From an uncultured Desulfovibrionaceae bacterium (GTDB taxonomy: Bacteria; Bacillota; Dethiobacteria; DTU022; UBA8154), in NCBI GenBank assembly GCA_964567295.1, contig CAZMLU010000001.1:8606-72605 (forward strand): a stretch of 64,000 nt of DNA. Reading direction: 5' to 3'. This document shows, one piece after another, positions 27,870-38,961 of the stretch (positions are counted from its first letter, which is position 1; each line of letters starts with the position of its first letter). Made by a program: the position numbers and the translations under genes. The notes under the pieces are model-generated. The model made no database searches. It saw nothing but the letters and a program-made list of their open reading frames with translations, and was not told where the DNA came from.

Positions 27870-28565
27870 CTATTTATCCCCCCTTACCATAAGTTTTTCG
27901 GCAAGAGTAACTGCAGCGAATGCATCCGCTCCGTAAGCATCAGCTCCTATTTCTTGGGCAAATTGATCTGAAGTTGGTGCTCCGCCGATGATCACTTTTA
28001 CTTTATCCCGTAGATTCCTACTCTCCAGTTCTTTAATGGTCTTAGCCATTAAGGGCATCGTGGTATCCAGAAGAGCGGAAAGCCCTATAAGGCCGGCTTC
28101 TTCTTTTTCTACTTCATCTGCGATACGGCTGGCCGGAACATTAATACCCAGGTCAACTACAGCGAATCCGGCGCCTTTAAGCATAATAGAGACCAGGTTT
28201 TTGCCGATATCGTGAATATCTTTTTCCACAGTAGCCATGATCACTTTCCCCTTACCCTCTTTGCTTCCCTTTTTAACAAGGTGGGGCTCCATAATCTCCA
28301 TGGCTGCGCCTACAGCTTCCGCTGAAGAAAGCATATCGGGAATGAAGTATTCTCCTGTTTCATATTTTTCTCCTACCAATTCCATGCCGCGGCTTAATCC
28401 CTCAGCGAGGATCTTCTCTACATCCATGCCTTGCTCAAGGGCCTCTTCGACAAGCTCGGTAACACCCGGCTGCCCCTCAAACCCTTCATCTATACCTTCA
28501 TCATCCTTATCCCTGCGTCCTTGCAGAACATTCGAAACAATTTTTTCAATATAGTCTTCTGACAT
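27870..28565 (-). CDS. Corrinoid (B12-binding) protein of a methyltransferase system
   Basis: 231 aa; DxHxxG (EKDIHDIGKN) and a B12-binding Rossmann domain. Confidence 0.85.
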   Translation of the reverse strand: MSEDYIEKIVSNVLQGRRDKDDEGIDEGFEGQPGVTELVEEALEQGMDVEKILAEGLSRGMELVGEKYETGEYFIPDMLSSAEAVGAAMEIMEPHLVKKGSKEGKGKVIMATVEKDIHDIGKNLVSIMLKGAGFAVVDLGINVPASRIADEVEKEEAGLIGLSALLDTTMPLMAKTIKELESRNLRDKVKVIIGGAPTSDQFAQEIGADAYGADAFAAVTLAEKLMVRGDK

Positions 28566-28686
28566 AACCCTTCCTCCTTAAGCGAATATACGTTCGTTTT
28601 TTGGTGATATTCCTCCTACGGAAACCTTAAGCTAAGCCACCGGATCTTCACAAGTGCTGCGGCAAAGCATATGAAGGCACCATTCT

Positions 28687-30225
28687 TCACTCCGCATAGG
28701 GATTAAGACGAGCCAAAAGGCCTGGAACACGGTCAAATATCTCTTTGCAGATCTCCTGCGATAGGTGATTTGGTGGATTGGAAAGCAGCTTTTGGACCTG
28801 TGCGTGAGCTTCCAACAGTGTATCGTCCTGGTCCTCCAAGTCGCCCTGGAAGGGATAATTGGGGAATATCCCACCCCGGCGCAGGGCGCGACGGGCATAA
28901 CGGGCGTAAAGCCTGTTTGGGCTGTTCATTACCTTGTTGATAATATCTTTCTGCTCTTCCATTGTTTCGGTAGAGACCTCGGGTTCACGGCATAAGAACT
29001 TGGCCATGCCAATATGGTGATTGTCCAACAGGGCCTGCTCCACAGAAAAAGTCATTGTTTTCTCCAATAGGCCAAAAGAATAATGGATCAAGCCCGGGGC
29101 AGCCAGCGGCACGGTTGAGTGAGTAAGCATTTTTTCCGCTGCGGCCTGCATTCCTGGCACCTTGGAGTCACCTACTCCTGCAGTGGAATAACAGGGTATC
29201 CCATAATGCTTGGCCATTTGAGCGCAACAAGCATTATAGTGAAAGAGCTCGGGCACACCGTACATATCATGCAGATTGTCCATGCGCGCCCGAACGGGCA
29301 CTGCACCGTAAATAACCGGCGCTCCCGGTGCGGCTAACTGGTTAATAATAACTCCCGTAAGCACCTCTGCATTTACCTGGGCCACCATCCCTGCCTCATC
29401 TATAGGAGCTGTAGAACCTCCCTGGGGTGAGGTAGATATGATTACGGGAAGTCCCATGCGGGATACCGCCATAAGCTTCTCGGCAGTCTCATCCACTACC
29501 TGTAAAGGGCTTTTGATCACCGAGGTGATAAAAGAAACCAGGGGATTTTCCTTTAGCGCTTCTCGACCACCCGCGATAATCTCTGCCATCTTAACCACAT
29601 TATCCAGCTGGCGAAAATCGGTAAGGCCTCCCATAACATGCTTTGACGTGTTGTTGAGCGAAGCAAAAAACTTGTTAACGTCCTTGTTTTCTTCGGTAAT
29701 ATCCTTGTCCTGAACATTTACATTGCGCAGGAAAAAATCCAGGTTCTCCAGGTTTTCAGCCAGATGGGCTGAAACACAGAGATCGGCCACAGTCCCCCTT
29801 CTGCGAGTTATGGCGGGAAACACTCTTTTGTTTTGGGGATTATCCTGGGAGACAAACGTTTCCGGATGAACTTCCAACCAGATATTAGTTTCCGAACCTG
29901 AACCAAAATGGACCCTCATCTCTTCTGTATCCAACTGCAAGCTGTGTTCGGGATCTCTGGCACCCAGGGTTATCTTATGGGGAACAGTTTCCAGCACCTG
30001 CTCTACTACGCGCGGGGGAATGCTTACCCACCAGGCTTCATGCTCACCTTCCCTGGTGGGGGTAGAACTCGCCCCCGCCTTTTCCAGCATCCCCACAGCC
30101 TCCCTGTTGTAAAACAGAATTCCGGGCTTTTCCAACAGTGCCAGGGAAGTACGATGCACCAGTTCCACTTGCTCCGCAGTTAATCGATTGTACGGATTAC
30201 GTACTACTACTCCTTTTCTACTCAA
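28687..30225 (-). CDS. MttB-superfamily quaternary-amine:corrinoid methyltransferase (non-pyrrolysine member), second paralogue
   Basis: 512 aa, uninterrupted. LTAEQVELVHRTSLALLEKPGI aligns with the paralogue's N-terminus. The apparent start is TTG, with no adjacent SD; the nearest AGGAGG is 36 nt upstream. Confidence 0.8.
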   Translation of the reverse strand: MSRKGVVVRNPYNRLTAEQVELVHRTSLALLEKPGILFYNREAVGMLEKAGASSTPTREGEHEAWWVSIPPRVVEQVLETVPHKITLGARDPEHSLQLDTEEMRVHFGSGSETNIWLEVHPETFVSQDNPQNKRVFPAITRRRGTVADLCVSAHLAENLENLDFFLRNVNVQDKDITEENKDVNKFFASLNNTSKHVMGGLTDFRQLDNVVKMAEIIAGGREALKENPLVSFITSVIKSPLQVVDETAEKLMAVSRMGLPVIISTSPQGGSTAPIDEAGMVAQVNAEVLTGVIINQLAAPGAPVIYGAVPVRARMDNLHDMYGVPELFHYNACCAQMAKHYGIPCYSTAGVGDSKVPGMQAAAEKMLTHSTVPLAAPGLIHYSFGLLEKTMTFSVEQALLDNHHIGMAKFLCREPEVSTETMEEQKDIINKVMNSPNRLYARYARRALRRGGIFPNYPFQGDLEDQDDTLLEAHAQVQKLLSNPPNHLSQEICKEIFDRVPGLLARLNPYAE

Positions 30226-30511
30226 TATTACGCCTGGCCAATATTTAAACCAGGACTAAACACCTCCTGTAGTTTTTTACGGCAGTGCCGTTTGTTTCCA
30301 GGCAGGATATCAAAGGACCCCGGTTTTAGCTAAAACAAAAGACAGCTTCTGAACCTTCTGCCCGGACCTTTGCATAGGTCGCTGCCAAATTTTTTTCATA
30401 GTAAAAGAAATATCACTATTCTTATTTCGACGCTAAATTGATTATTCCTGCATAATTTTCAAAAAAGGCATAAAGGGGCCAGAAGATTGCCCGCTCAAGT
30501 CTTGATAGGGT

Positions 30512-33554
<3,043 letters not shown>

Positions 33555-33660
33555 GATATCACGATCCTTAACGCCTGATTGCCAGGGTAAATTTTTTCCA
33601 TATTTCCTTTCATTTTATCTTAAAAGGTCCCGAAAAACAACCTGCTCGCAAAGGAGATGC

Positions 33661-33692
33661 AAAAAAGCCCGCCCCCATGGAAGAAGGCGGGG
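33661..33692 (-). terminator. Putative rho-independent terminator after the GerMN lipoprotein gene
   Basis: On the minus strand: a CCCGCC/GGCGGG stem (large loop) followed by CUUUUUUGC. Confidence 0.4.
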
Positions 33693-33734
33693 TAGGGCCG
33701 TGTTCATGGCGCATACTTGTTGATTACATCGTTT

Positions 33735-35900
33735 TTATTCCGGATTGATATAGAAGGGACGCTGCAGTTTTGTTTGCAGTACCAATTCCTCATTGGGAGG
33801 AGACCATTGCTTCCCTTCCACCTTGAAAACCAACTCATCAGGAGCAAAGTTTTCCGCTAATGTTAACAAGAGAGCATCAACCAGGAGCTTTGCGAGGGCT
33901 TCCTCTTCAGGGTTGTTTGCCTCTTCATCCTCCGGAAACAGCTTTTCAAAACAGCTTTCCCAGTCCAGGATAATTTCATTTTCGGTAACCCTTATGCTTC
34001 TTAGCTCCGGCACCAGCGGTAGAAACCGCCTGCTCTCCGAGAGTATAGCATCTACCATCTCTTCCGCTGAGTCATTCCTGCCAGTACGCCCGGGCAAGTT
34101 ATCGGCCTCTTGAGGCAAAATATAATAGCGTGTCCCCGAAAAATAAGGGATATATATTTTCTTCTCATTTTCTGCCAAATGTTTCGGCGGAAAAACCTTC
34201 TTCAGGGGCAGCTCTTCCGTGCCAAAAGCTTGAGCGGGCTGCCCGTCCACAAGAAACGAAATTCCGCCAACGGCTGAAAACTCGGAAACAGTCAGCAGTA
34301 AGGAATCGATCATCCCGCCGGCCTGGGCAGAGCCGGCCATGCGGTTCAATTCCGGGGGCAGATCCAGGTAAACCAGGTCATCCTCCTGCCATGTTTCCAG
34401 GGAAATATCTTTAGGAATAGTCCTGGATAAACCGCTGAGACGCCTGGGTCCTTTAACCAGTTCATCGACCGCACTCTGTAAGAGGTTCTCGGAATCGTTC
34501 ACCTTTCTATTTACCGGAATCAGCTGCATGCCGCGCTCATCATAGAAGTATAAGGTGACAAATTGCTCTTCTCTATCTATATCCTGGACAATAGGCCTGT
34601 ACATAACCCCGTTCTCAACGTCTACTTCTTCGCCTTCAGCCTGGATAGCTCTTGGAGCTGATATACCCAAAATGAAGATATTGCCATCGCTGGCAGCCAA
34701 AGCCAGAATACTACCCGTATCAGAAAGTGCTATTTTCTCAATGCGGCTGGCCATCTCCACTTCTTGGACGATATCACCTTCAATGTCTACTACCATTACT
34801 TTACTGAAGTCCTCGCTGTACTCCTGCCAGGAAGACACCACTATTTTCTCTCCTCCCTTGGAATGCTGCACTAAGGCTCCTCCGGGGATTCTTTTTTTCC
34901 ATAAAAGCTCTCCTTCCCTATCCAGGAAGAAAAGATTGTCTTCTCCTCCGGCAAAGGTGCTGTAAGCAATAACATGCTCTCCTCTTTCCGTTACTCCCAG
35001 CCAATCTGCCTCTTGTTCCGAGGAATAACTCCACAGCAGCTCTGGAGAATCGCCCCTTATATTATAATAATACAACTCTCCTTCATAATAAGCGGCAAAG
35101 TAGCGTCCGTTTTCGGAAAAAGAAACTCGGTCAACCTCTTCTTCCCACATGACTTCTTTTTCACTCAAAGCAACAAGATATTTCTGTTCTTCTCTTTCTT
35201 CCACTACGTAGAGCTCTCCCCAGGGCAAGAGGTGAAGGTCTTCAATAAGTGCTGTTTCCTTCTCCCACAGCAGCTGCCCCCATTTGCTGAAAAAGTAAAG
35301 AGTATGGCGATCTTCTTCTTCGTCGTAAGCCGCTACAGCAAGGTATTCCCCACCGGAAGAAAGGGCTATCCGGGAAACCTCTCCGGGAAAAGAGCTTTCC
35401 CACACCTTGCGCCCCTCTCCGCTAAAAAAAATCACCTTGCCCTCGTCTGTCCCCACGGCGACATAATCTCCAAGAGAAGTAATCGCGGCATCAACAGGAT
35501 TTCCATCAAAAAATGCTTCCCACAAAAGGCGACCCTGATCATCGAGCATATTTATTGCACGGGCATCGGAACTGAAAAGGATCTCTTCCCCGCTGTCTGA
35601 AACAGCAAGCTCATAGATGACTATCTCCGGGTTCACCACCGTAAAACGTCCCAACAAGATGTTGTCCTCATCATTGCCTTGCCCTGCCACAGTGGGCTCA
35701 ACTGGAACTTCTTCCGAATGGGAAACACCCCACTCGCAACCGCTTGTACCCGCCCCCAACAGCATAAAAGCTAAAAGCAGGAACAATAAACGGGCCCGAA
35801 AAAGCCTCACCTTTTCCTCGCGGGATGCGCCTTTATCATTATGAAAATTGTTTTGCTCATTTTTTCTCTTGAAATATCTTGATTTCAAAATCTGCCTCAC
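33735..35900 (-). CDS. Lipoprotein with beta-propeller-like repeats and two C-terminal GerMN (sporulation/germination) domains
   Basis: 721 aa; a signal peptide with the lipobox-like LLGAGTSGC, repeated YVAVG/DEGKVIFF-type blades, and two GerMN-like segments at the C-terminus. Confidence 0.55.
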   Translation of the reverse strand: MRQILKSRYFKRKNEQNNFHNDKGASREEKVRLFRARLLFLLLAFMLLGAGTSGCEWGVSHSEEVPVEPTVAGQGNDEDNILLGRFTVVNPEIVIYELAVSDSGEEILFSSDARAINMLDDQGRLLWEAFFDGNPVDAAITSLGDYVAVGTDEGKVIFFSGEGRKVWESSFPGEVSRIALSSGGEYLAVAAYDEEEDRHTLYFFSKWGQLLWEKETALIEDLHLLPWGELYVVEEREEQKYLVALSEKEVMWEEEVDRVSFSENGRYFAAYYEGELYYYNIRGDSPELLWSYSSEQEADWLGVTERGEHVIAYSTFAGGEDNLFFLDREGELLWKKRIPGGALVQHSKGGEKIVVSSWQEYSEDFSKVMVVDIEGDIVQEVEMASRIEKIALSDTGSILALAASDGNIFILGISAPRAIQAEGEEVDVENGVMYRPIVQDIDREEQFVTLYFYDERGMQLIPVNRKVNDSENLLQSAVDELVKGPRRLSGLSRTIPKDISLETWQEDDLVYLDLPPELNRMAGSAQAGGMIDSLLLTVSEFSAVGGISFLVDGQPAQAFGTEELPLKKVFPPKHLAENEKKIYIPYFSGTRYYILPQEADNLPGRTGRNDSAEEMVDAILSESRRFLPLVPELRSIRVTENEIILDWESCFEKLFPEDEEANNPEEEALAKLLVDALLLTLAENFAPDELVFKVEGKQWSPPNEELVLQTKLQRPFYINPE

Positions 35901-36036
35901 TCCTGCAAAAGAAAAATAAAAATATTACACCAAGCATATAATATGCCTTTCCTGGCACCACGTTCCATTTTAAACCAAAATCATTAAGCACATATTATCT
36001 ATTTCTTAAGATTTCATAATAATTAATCCCCTCTGT

Positions 36037-37491
36037 TCAACTACCGTAAACACCCGGTTCTAACGGAAAAGAATCATTCTCGGTCTGTAGGGTTGGGTCT
36101 ATCGGAAGGGTAAATGAAAAAATGCTCCCTTCATCTTCCCGGCTTGTTACACTAATTTCTCCCCCATAAAGTTCCACAATTTCCTTGCAGATAGCCAAAC
36201 CCAGTCCAGTTCCACCCAACAGGCGGGAGCGGGCTTTATCTACCCGGTAAAAGCGCTCAAAAACAAAGGGAATGGATTCCTCCGGGATACCGCAACCGGT
36301 ATCCTCTACCATAATTTGAACTGTATTCTCTTTACAAAAAGCGCTCAGTTTTACCCAGCCGCCCTCTTCTGTAAACTTCAACGCGTTATCGAACAGGTTT
36401 ATTAGAACCCTCTTCAGTGCTTCTGCAGAGATTTGGAGCAAAGGCAAATTTTCATCTATCTCGGTAAAGAACTGCAAGCCTTTTTGTTCTGCCCTGGGAA
36501 TGATAGTTTCCAAAACTTCATCCAGAACAGGACGCAGAGGAACTATATCTTTCTGCTCGGTAACTTCTTGCCTACGGGTAAGTTCCAACAGGTCTTCTAC
36601 CAGGTAGATCATGCGTTGGGTCTCCTGGCTTATATCCTCCAAAAACTCCTTCTGCTCCTGCGGCTTCATTTCGTAGTTCTGCAAGGACTGGAGGCACAGG
36701 TTGATCGAAGCAAGGGGAGTGCGTAATTCGTGAGAAACGTCGCCCACAAATCGGGTAAGACGCTGGTTCATCCCTTTTACTTTTTCCGCCATAATGTTAA
36801 ACTGTTCTGCCAGCTGCCCTATTTCATCCCTTCTGTTAACGGGAATGTTCTGCTCCAGGTCCCCTTCTGCCATCTGTCGGGCAGCATCTGTCAACCTTTT
36901 AATAGGAACGGTCAGGTGATGTGCAAAAAGAACCGCCAGGGTTCCAGCCAGTAAAACCGCCGAAAGGGTTGAGAAAAACATGAATTGGCGAATCGTGGAG
37001 AGCGCGTCGTAGACCGGTTCCAGTGAAGCAGAAAGAAAAACCGCTCCCTGTGGAGAAACCCTCTCTCCCACCGGGACCGCTACCTGCATTACCCACTGCT
37101 CAGACTGCTGGCTGTACTGGATGGTTTGCCCCACCTGCCCTTCCAAGGCAGCCTCCACTTCTTCTCGTTCCAACTCAGTGCCCAGCCTTCCACCTATACG
37201 AACAGAATCTCCCACTACAAGGTACTGAGGATCGACGATAACTACCCGTGCATCAATCTGTCTGCTAAAAGTTTCCGCCACGCTGCTAAGGAGCACCGGA
37301 TCGGCCTCTTCCCGCAAATAGGTAGAAACAAGCTCAGCTACCAGTCCTCCTGTGCGCTGTAAGTTTTCCTCCTCGGTAGCCAGGTAATGCTGTTCCAACA
37401 TATTTAAAAGAACAATGCCGGTAGCCAGCATTACCGCCAAGATAAGCAGGAGGTATGTAATCGTCATGCGCAGGCGTATGCTCTTGATCAT
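36037..37491 (-). CDS. Sensor histidine kinase (transmembrane, HAMP + HisKA + HATPase)
   Basis: 484 aa; the H-box SHELRTPL and the N, G1 (DTGCGI) and G2 (GGTGLGL) boxes. Confidence 0.85.
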   Translation of the reverse strand: MIKSIRLRMTITYLLLILAVMLATGIVLLNMLEQHYLATEEENLQRTGGLVAELVSTYLREEADPVLLSSVAETFSRQIDARVVIVDPQYLVVGDSVRIGGRLGTELEREEVEAALEGQVGQTIQYSQQSEQWVMQVAVPVGERVSPQGAVFLSASLEPVYDALSTIRQFMFFSTLSAVLLAGTLAVLFAHHLTVPIKRLTDAARQMAEGDLEQNIPVNRRDEIGQLAEQFNIMAEKVKGMNQRLTRFVGDVSHELRTPLASINLCLQSLQNYEMKPQEQKEFLEDISQETQRMIYLVEDLLELTRRQEVTEQKDIVPLRPVLDEVLETIIPRAEQKGLQFFTEIDENLPLLQISAEALKRVLINLFDNALKFTEEGGWVKLSAFCKENTVQIMVEDTGCGIPEESIPFVFERFYRVDKARSRLLGGTGLGLAICKEIVELYGGEISVTSREDEGSIFSFTLPIDPTLQTENDSFPLEPGVYGS

Positions 37492-37502
37492 TAAGAGATA
37501 TT

Positions 37503-38189
37503 TTACCCCTCCCTGAATTTATAACCGGTGCCCCAAACGGTGAGAATATAGTCTGGTTCAGCGGGATTTTCTTCTATCTTTTCACGTAAATGCCTGATAT
37601 GGACGTCTACTGTCCGGGCATCTCCCCCGTAGCCATATCCCCATACCTGCTCCAGAAGCTGTTCTCTGGAAAATACTTTGCCAGGGTTAGAAGCGAGAAA
37701 ACTAAGAAGAGCATACTCCCTGGAAGTAAGGGGGATGTCCTTGTCTTTGATAGTAAGACGGTGTTTGATAAGATCTATCTTCATTGCACCAATACGGATA
37801 GTTTTTTTACCAAGATCGGTCTGTGGAACGGCACGTCTCAAAATAGCCTTTATCCTGGCTATTAGCTCCCTGGTGTTAAAAGGCTTGGTAATATAATCGT
37901 CGGCCCCCAGTTCCAGCCCCAAAATCTTGTCTATATCCTCATCACGAGCAGTAAGCATAATTATGGGTAGATCGGACTGGCGGCGGAGCGCCCGGCAGAC
38001 TTCAAAACCATCTATCTTGGGAAGCATAAGGTCCAATACCACAAGGTCTGCTTCATCATTTTCAAAAAAATTTAGGGCTTCTTGCCCATCGTAGGCAACC
38101 ACTACCTGAAAGCCCTCTTTTTCAAGGCTAAATTTCAAGGCTTTGGCCAGGGTTTGTTCGTCTTCTACCAGGAGAATCTTTTTCTCCAT
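37503..38189 (-). CDS. OmpR/PhoB-family response regulator
   Basis: 228 aa; a receiver domain (LLVEDE ... DLVVLDLMLP) plus a winged-helix domain (SREQLLEQVWGY). Confidence 0.9.
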   Translation of the reverse strand: MEKKILLVEDEQTLAKALKFSLEKEGFQVVVAYDGQEALNFFENDEADLVVLDLMLPKIDGFEVCRALRRQSDLPIIMLTARDEDIDKILGLELGADDYITKPFNTRELIARIKAILRRAVPQTDLGKKTIRIGAMKIDLIKHRLTIKDKDIPLTSREYALLSFLASNPGKVFSREQLLEQVWGYGYGGDARTVDVHIRHLREKIEENPAEPDYILTVWGTGYKFREG

Positions 38190-38193
38190 CTTA

Positions 38194-38961
38194 TCAGCGC
38201 TCCTTTTCGCTCAGCTCACGATAACGTTCCATTACTTTCAACATATCTTCCCATACAGGCCTTTTCTTGGAAGGGTCGCGCAGCAAGGCCGCTGGATGAA
38301 AGGTAGGCATCAACGGGCGCCCTCCGAATTCGTTCCAATTGCCCCGCTCCCTGGTGATAGAAAAATTTGGGCGGAGCAGGGTTTTTGAGGCAACGGCACC
38401 CAGGCATACCATGAGAAGGGGATCAATTAGCTCTATTTGCTTCTCCAGCAAGGGTAGACAGGTCTCAATCTCCTCTCGCTGAGGGGCCCTATTGTCGGGA
38501 GGACGACACTTAACAATATTTGCTATGTAGACTTCTTCCCGCTGTAGGCCAGCTGCTGCCAGGATGCGGTTCAGAAGTTGGCCGGCTTTTCCTACAAAGG
38601 GGCGGCCCAGTTTATCTTCTTCCCCTCCCGGCCCCTCCCCGATAAACATGAGCCCGGCCCGGAGATCACCTTCACCAAAAACTACCCCGCTTGCTCCTTC
38701 TCTCAGTGAGCAGCTCCTGCATTCCAGGCAGACTTTCTTCCATTCTTCCAGGGAGCTATCCTCATTTTCTGCTGTCTTCTCCCGCAGCAAAAAATTATTG
38801 TGGCCTTCTTGGGCTTCATTGTTCGCTATATCATTGTAATCCTTATAATTTGACTTATATTGGCCTAAATAACTGAGAATATTGAACTGCTCTTCCAATA
38901 GGCTCACCTCTAAGTTAATATTCTGCATAATATTGCATATTCCTCTTCTTGTTTCATTCAC
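38194..38961 (-). CDS. Uracil-DNA glycosylase, family 4, with an N-terminal extension of about 80 aa
   Basis: The family-4 motifs CxxC ... GEGPGxxED ... PFVGKAG ... HPAALLR are preceded by a low-complexity extension. Confidence 0.8.
   Translation of the reverse strand: MNETRRGICNIMQNINLEVSLLEEQFNILSYLGQYKSNYKDYNDIANNEAQEGHNNFLLREKTAENEDSSLEEWKKVCLECRSCSLREGASGVVFGEGDLRAGLMFIGEGPGGEEDKLGRPFVGKAGQLLNRILAAAGLQREEVYIANIVKCRPPDNRAPQREEIETCLPLLEKQIELIDPLLMVCLGAVASKTLLRPNFSITRERGNWNEFGGRPLMPTFHPAALLRDPSKKRPVWEDMLKVMERYRELSEKER

Noticed and set aside
25152-30225. Possibility that the MttB homologues are pyrrolysine-containing trimethylamine methyltransferases
   Set aside because: Both reading frames are continuous with no in-frame TAG. 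They are therefore non-Pyl MttB-superfamily members (quaternary-amine type), and no pyl genes are present.
33555-33734. T-box leader upstream of argS/serS
   Set aside because: The intergenic space is only about 100 nt after the upstream terminator, and no specifier-loop or T-box consensus (AATTAGGGTGGNACCGCG) is present.
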